Shown in pieces: positions 63,922-64,000 of a stretch of 64,000 nt of DNA. Every line of letters starts with the position of its first letter. Position 1 is the first letter of the stretch. Under the pieces are notes generated by a model. The model was not told the origin of the DNA and made no database searches. It saw nothing but the letters and a program-made list of their open reading frames with translations. The position numbers were made by a program, and so were the translations under genes. Source of the DNA: a virus; the IMG/VR virus record IMGVR_UViG_3300036766_000032, positions 11,897-75,896 of that record, one strand, 5' to 3'.

Positions 63922-64000
63922 CAACCCTGAACGAAGCATGGCTAGAGCTCGAGAACGTAGCTTTACAGAATGCGACGATCCTGCGACGCTTAGAGGCGCA
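63918..64000 (+). CDS. 5' part of a gene truncated by the window edge
   Basis: ATGA overlap; MTTLNEAWLELENVALQNATILRRLEA open to the end. Confidence 0.5.
   Translation, partial: MTTLNEAWLELENVALQNATILRRLEA

Noticed and set aside
1-64000. Prophage boundaries, integrase or repressor; also a gene transfer agent
   Set aside because: No integrase, att site or host genes seen; replication and lysis genes point to a real phage despite GTA-like tail genes. Lifestyle cannot be called from this window

Overview
Most of the genome of a tailed dsDNA phage (siphovirus-like, HK97-fold capsid, GTA/TP901-1-like tail genes). IHF consensus sites and the GTA-like tail module suggest a proteobacterial host. 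Both window ends fall inside the + strand non-structural arm, so the genome is larger than 64 kb. Layout: (i) 1-13.6 kb (+): nucleotide/DNA-modification cluster (MBD4-like glycosylase, DUF1599/Nmad1, AsnB-like amidotransferase, dimeric dUTPase-like, intein-containing divergent C5-MTase, amino-MTase, thymidylate-synthase homolog, dCMP deaminase), DHH phosphoesterase, DNA ligase, and small early genes behind repeated promoter cassettes. (ii) 59.2-13.6 kb (-): one long late operon: terS, terL, MuF, secreted nuclease, holin, portal, a 1007-aa multi-effector protein, fibre-like repeat proteins, a ligase/phosphoesterase/prohead-protease fusion, scaffold, cement, capsid, neck, a 10-gene glycosyl/methyltransferase cassette, three tail-tube paralogs (two fused to Asp-box propellers), frameshifted chaperone, tape measure, tail tip, three paralogous fibres, endolysin and a spanin-like gene. 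(iii) 59.5-64 kb (+): primase-helicase, a putative origin and early genes. Best candidates for undescribed systems: a predicted cytosine carboxymethylation/amidation pathway, protease-processed virion cargo polyproteins, and a virion glycosylation cassette. All calls come from motif recognition by eye; no searches were run.
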